NCBI GenBank assembly: GCA_045539485.1
Contig: JAZQFL010000057.1
Coordinates: forward strand, 1-36,851
Length of the DNA stretch: 36,851 nt
Reading direction: 5' to 3'
From: Eubacteriales bacterium
GTDB lineage: Bacteria; Bacillota; Clostridia; Oscillospirales; CAG-272
The notes under the pieces were generated by a model that did not search any database, had not been told where the DNA came from, and worked only from the letters and a program-made list of their open reading frames with translations. Of this stretch, positions 33,049-36,851 are shown piece by piece (positions within the stretch are counted from its first letter, which is position 1; every line of letters starts with the position of its first letter). Position numbers and translations under genes: made by a program.

Positions 33049-33858
33049 ATGTTCAGACCTATACGGGCGGAAAACGGAGTTTTATACTACGTAAGCGATA
33101 TGCTTGGCGGTGCGGTGCACGGCTTTTCCACCCGTGTGGGCGGTGTATCCGACCTTCCGCACACAAGATCGCTTAACCTCGCATTCGGACGCGGCGATGA
33201 GGACGGAGAGGTCATTCAAAACGTACGTCTGTTTGCGGAGGCTGTCGGCTTTGATGCCGCATACCTCGTTTCCGTGCCTCAAATACATTCCGATATCATT
33301 ATTTCCGTAAGCGGGGATATGCTCTGCGAGGGTGTTTTTAAGAAAACACAGCTTGCAGGTGACGGATATATAATCACCGAGCCCGGACGGTTTGCGGCAA
33401 TAAAGACCGCCGACTGCGTGCCCGTGCTTTTGTATGATCCCGAAAAAAAGATATGTGCCGCCGTACACGCGGGCTGGCGCGGGACGTTTTCGCTTATCGC
33501 AAAAAAGGCGGTTGAGAAAATGACCTCGCTCGGATGCGGCCCGCAGAATATACTTGCGGCGATAGGTCCTGCTATCGGCGGGAATTGCTACGAGGTAGGC
33601 ACAGACGTGTACACGGAAGCGGCGAATGCCTCGCCTCTGCTTGCGGAAGCGGTGTTCACACCGAGAGAGGAAGAGGGTAAATACCTTTGCGACCTCAAAA
33701 ACGCGAACCGCATCATTCTTGAAGGCGCGGGAGTAAGTGCAGAGCACATCGACGTATGCGCACTTTGTACACATTGTGAAACGGATATTTTCTACTCGCA
33801 CCGCGCATCGGGCGGTGTAAGAGGAACGATGATGTCCGTTATAGGTATGAAGAAATGA
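33049..33858 (+). CDS. pgeF: YfiH/PgeF-family (DUF152, laccase-domain) protein
   Basis: I place the start at the ATG at 33049, after GAGGTGG. Motifs: HGFSTRVGGVS, AVHAGWRGT, CALCTHCETDIFYSHR. Confidence 0.8.
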   Translation: MFRPIRAENGVLYYVSDMLGGAVHGFSTRVGGVSDLPHTRSLNLAFGRGDEDGEVIQNVRLFAEAVGFDAAYLVSVPQIHSDIIISVSGDMLCEGVFKKTQLAGDGYIITEPGRFAAIKTADCVPVLLYDPEKKICAAVHAGWRGTFSLIAKKAVEKMTSLGCGPQNILAAIGPAIGGNCYEVGTDVYTEAANASPLLAEAVFTPREEEGKYLCDLKNANRIILEGAGVSAEHIDVCALCTHCETDIFYSHRASGGVRGTMMSVIGMKK

Positions 33859-34352
33859 AGGATAATACCTGCTGCTTCACGGGTCACAGGTTCATTGCAT
33901 CAAAGGACGTTGACCCGATAAGGGAGCTTTTAAAAAAAGAGATAGCACATCAAACGGAAAACGGCAGAAGCGTTTTCTGTGCGGGCGGGGCGATGGGATT
34001 TGATATGCTTGCCGCCGAGTGTGTGCTTGAAGCGAAAAATGAAAATTCCGATATCAAGCTGCTTCTTTTCCTGCCGCACAAGGGACAGGCTTCAAGCTGG
34101 CGTGAATCGGATAAGCGCCGTTATGAGGAAATACTTCGGCGCGCGGACGGAATAAGCTACGCCTGTGAGGAGTACGTTCAGGGCTGTATGTTCACCCGTA
34201 ACCGACAGCTGTGCGATGCTTCTTCCGTTTGTATCGCCTTTCTGGAGCATGGCTCGGGAGGCACCTTTTACACAGTAAAATACGCCCGATCAAGCGGGCT
34301 TGAGATAGTTAATCTTGCAAAAAGACTCAGAGGTTTGGAAAATGAGAACTAA
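33855..34352 (+). CDS. SLOG-superfamily protein, YpsA/DUF1273-like
   Basis: 165 aa. CCFTGHR... FCAGGAMGFDMLAAECVL ... GGTFYTVKYA. The start overlaps the pgeF stop (ATGA). Confidence 0.65.
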   Translation: MKDNTCCFTGHRFIASKDVDPIRELLKKEIAHQTENGRSVFCAGGAMGFDMLAAECVLEAKNENSDIKLLLFLPHKGQASSWRESDKRRYEEILRRADGISYACEEYVQGCMFTRNRQLCDASSVCIAFLEHGSGGTFYTVKYARSSGLEIVNLAKRLRGLENEN

Positions 34353-35169
34353 AAAGACGGTTTTGCTCTGTTTAATAATTTCCCTTGTAACGGGATTTTT
34401 AGGTTCGGTGCTCCGCACAGTGACTTTGCTTGCGTATTACAGCGCGGAGAGCGGACACTTTACAAAAGGAGATGCCGGCATACTTCCCGCGCTCGGTTGG
34501 GGCGTTTGTGTTGCCGGTGCGCTTGCTTGCGCTTTGCTGTGCTTTGTGCACCGAGAGGGGCTTTCAAATTACGAAAAGAGAAACGGAAAGCTGTATACTG
34601 CGGCATCTACCGTGCTTGTATGTGCTATGCTTACCGTTATCTTTGAATCTTTTTCCGCATTTGCCAAGGGAGATCCTTCGGCGCGGTCTGTCAATATGAT
34701 CATTGCTGTCGGAGCTCTCATTTCATGTATCACGGTGTTTATGAACACGTTTTTGCCCATAAAGGGTATTGATCCCATACGTGCAGGTGTATCGGTCATT
34801 CCTGCCATATTTGTTGTTTTACCCGGCTACAGACTGTACTTTGATCCGAATCTGGTAATGAACTGCCCCAATAAGAACGTGTACATTATTGCATCATGCC
34901 TTGCGGCGGCAATGATAATATATGAATGCCGCTTTAACACCGAGCTTCGAAATACTGCCGTTTATGCAATGGCTTGCTGCGGAACACTTATTTTCGGTAT
35001 GTTCTGCGGTATACCGAACCTTATCTACTGCGCTCTCCACGGAGGAGCTTCTGTTATAAACAGCTTGGCGTCCGATCTGCTTATTACATGCCTTGCGGTA
35101 TTTGCGGCAGCACAGCTGTTATCCGTCCACCGCAGCAAAACAAATATCCGAACGGAAGAAAAACAATGA
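34342..35169 (+). CDS. Polytopic membrane protein of unknown family (about 7-8 TM helices)
   Basis: I place the start at the ATG at 34342 (MRTKKTVLLCLIISLV...), which overlaps the SLOG gene by 11 nt. Its stop overlaps the polA ATG (ATGA at 35166-35169). Confidence 0.55.
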   Translation: MRTKKTVLLCLIISLVTGFLGSVLRTVTLLAYYSAESGHFTKGDAGILPALGWGVCVAGALACALLCFVHREGLSNYEKRNGKLYTAASTVLVCAMLTVIFESFSAFAKGDPSARSVNMIIAVGALISCITVFMNTFLPIKGIDPIRAGVSVIPAIFVVLPGYRLYFDPNLVMNCPNKNVYIIASCLAAAMIIYECRFNTELRNTAVYAMACCGTLIFGMFCGIPNLIYCALHGGASVINSLASDLLITCLAVFAAAQLLSVHRSKTNIRTEEKQ

Positions 35170-36851
35170 AAAAGTTGCTTGTTATTGATGCCAACAGCAT
35201 ACTCAACCGTGCTTTTTATGGAATAGCTCCGCTGTCTTCGCCCTCGGGAATACCTACAAATGCGGTGTACGGAATGATAAACACCGTAACGGCACAGCTT
35301 GCTGCGCTTTCTCCCGATATTTGTGCCGCCGCGTTTGACGTTAAGGCGCCTACCTTCCGCCATAATATGTACGGCGAATATAAGGCAGGCAGAAAGCCTA
35401 CACCACCTGAGCTGCTTGCACAGTTTCCCGTTGCAAAGGACTGCCTTACCGCTATGGGCATCTACGTTGCGGAAAAGGCGGGCTTTGAGGCGGATGACAT
35501 TCTCGGTACCCTCGCCGCTGAAGCAGAGGGGGAGGGAATGGAGGTCTACCTGCTTACGGGCGACCGCGACAGCCTCCAGCTTATTACCGATAAGACCACG
35601 GTGCTTCTTTGCACGAATAAAGAGACTCTGGCAATGACTCCCGCGGCATTTAAGGAAAAATACGGAGTGCCTGCGGAAAATTACGTTTATTGCAAGGCGC
35701 TGATGGGCGATAGCTCGGATAATATCCCCGGTGTGCCGGGAATCGGAGAGAAGACCGCATTTAAGCTTATCGGAGAGTACGGCGATCTTGACACTATGTA
35801 TGCCGCTCTCCCCGATGCCGCTGTTCCCGCAGGTCAGAAGGCTAAGCTTGAAGCGGGGCGTGAGCTTGCTTATCTTTCCCTTGAGCTTGCAACCATAAAA
35901 CGTGATGCGGAGCTCGGCTTTGGCTTGAAGGAAGTGTCGGAAGCACAGCGAGACAACGCAAAGCTTGCTTCGCTTTTCGGCGAGCTTGGATTTGCTAAGC
36001 TTACGGAAAAGCTCTCCGTTAAGGCGGACAAGCTTGAATATACAGACCCCGAGAAAACCGAGAAGGTCGATGCCGCAGAGCTTTGCGCCTTTACGGTCGG
36101 AAAGACCGCCGTGTTTTATATTGATGCGGACGGTATGCTCGTTCTTTGCGAAGGCAGATATATGCGTATATCCGCCGATGAGATAAAAAAAGCCGATGAG
36201 TTTTTTGACGGCAAAGTAAAGCTCGTCTGCCACGATCTTAAGGCGGCTTGCCATGCGGCAGGGCGCAGGATACGCGGATGCGTGTTTGACACTATGCTTG
36301 CCGACTATATTCTGGAATCGGGAACGTCCGATCACAGCCTTGACGCCGTTTGCGCAAAGCATCCGCTCGGAGCGGGCTGTGTTATAGATTATATAAACGC
36401 ACTGTGGCACGACGAAGAAAAAAGACTTGAGGAAAACGGAAATCTGCAGCTTCTCACGGATATGGAGATACCCGTTGCGGAGATACTTTATTCAATGGAA
36501 GAAAGCGGATTCCTTGTTGATACCGAGGGGCTTCGTAAGTTTGGCGATACGCTGTCGTCTCTTGCATCTGAGCTTGAAGCGCGTATCCACTTCCTTGCGG
36601 GCAGGGAATTTAACATTAATTCCCCGAAGCAGCTCGGAACCGTGCTTTTTGAGGAAATGGGACTCAAGGCACCGAAAAAGACCAAAAACGGATATTCAAC
36701 CGCCTCCGACGTGCTTGACAAGCTCTCTCATCACGAGATAGTTTCCCTTGTTCTTGAGTACAGGCACGTTACAAAGCTCAATTCCACCTTTGTCTCGGGG
36801 CTTATCAATGCCGCAGACGGAGAGGGAAGGGTGCATACCACCTTCCACCAG
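35166..36851 (+). CDS. polA: DNA polymerase I, N-terminal 562 codons (continues past the right edge)
   Basis: It is absent from the ORF track because there is no stop before the window end. Translation: MKKLLVIDANSILNRAFYGIAPL...EADDILGTLA...LTGDRDSLQL...GDSSDNIPGVPGIGEKTAFKLI... and later NINSPKQLGTVLFEEMGL...VLEYRHVTKLNSTFV...RVHTTFHQ. Confidence 0.95.
   Translation, partial: MKKLLVIDANSILNRAFYGIAPLSSPSGIPTNAVYGMINTVTAQLAALSPDICAAAFDVKAPTFRHNMYGEYKAGRKPTPPELLAQFPVAKDCLTAMGIYVAEKAGFEADDILGTLAAEAEGEGMEVYLLTGDRDSLQLITDKTTVLLCTNKETLAMTPAAFKEKYGVPAENYVYCKALMGDSSDNIPGVPGIGEKTAFKLIGEYGDLDTMYAALPDAAVPAGQKAKLEAGRELAYLSLELATIKRDAELGFGLKEVSEAQRDNAKLASLFGELGFAKLTEKLSVKADKLEYTDPEKTEKVDAAELCAFTVGKTAVFYIDADGMLVLCEGRYMRISADEIKKADEFFDGKVKLVCHDLKAACHAAGRRIRGCVFDTMLADYILESGTSDHSLDAVCAKHPLGAGCVIDYINALWHDEEKRLEENGNLQLLTDMEIPVAEILYSMEESGFLVDTEGLRKFGDTLSSLASELEARIHFLAGREFNINSPKQLGTVLFEEMGLKAPKKTKNGYSTASDVLDKLSHHEIVSLVLEYRHVTKLNSTFVSGLINAADGEGRVHTTFHQ

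Noticed and set aside
1-36851. Scanned for transposases, integrases, phage genes, toxin-antitoxin pairs, restriction-modification, CRISPR-Cas, and tRNA or rRNA genes
   Set aside because: I found no recognisable motifs: no DDE or tyrosine-recombinase signatures, no GTTCGAATC-type tRNA T-arms, no repeat-spacer arrays. The window looks like core chromosome with embedded envelope and glycan accessory genes.

Overview
This 36.85-kb window looks like chromosomal DNA from a monoderm, Clostridia-like bacterium. That placement is an inference from GGAGG ribosome-binding sites, Cys lipoboxes, and the presence of veg, hprK and an FtsW/RodA/SpoVE-family gene. I support 29 protein-coding genes. Two are missing from the ORF track because they run off the window edges: a lipoprotein N-terminus at 1-266 (-) and polA at 35166->36851 (+).

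Gene content:
- Housekeeping: proS, alr, aspS, truB, pgeF, polA, hprK, veg, mntP, a family-4 uracil-DNA glycosylase, and an SbcD/SbcC-like (YhaO/YhaN-type) nuclease-ATPase pair.
- Accessory-looking envelope and glycan genes: a BNR/Asp-box lipoprotein, a cytoplasmic glycoside-hydrolase-like protein, two AraC regulators, three paralogous solute-binding-protein-like proteins, a CapA-family protein, and a TM-helix-repeat membrane protein.

I found no rRNA, tRNA, CRISPR array, IS element, integrase or recognisable defence system. Most long ORFs on the opposite strand of these genes are shadow ORFs.

Best candidates for something undescribed:
1. A minus-strand run at 18113-25157: an orphan SEDS peptidoglycan polymerase, then a PqqD-like RiPP-recognition protein overlapping a Ser/His (SipW/Sec11-like) peptidase with no N-terminal anchor, then a 1681-aa thioester-less alpha-2-macroglobulin-like lipoprotein.
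2. Two mirror-image modules, each an AraC regulator divergent from a hydrolase plus an SBP-like lipoprotein. No ABC permease or ATPase is present anywhere in the window.
3. Two unexplained structured non-coding elements, at 15720-15969 and 28693-28796.
4. A tightly overlapping pgeF-SLOG-membrane protein-polA gene string.

All functional calls rest on motifs I could read in the translations. None has been checked by a database search.
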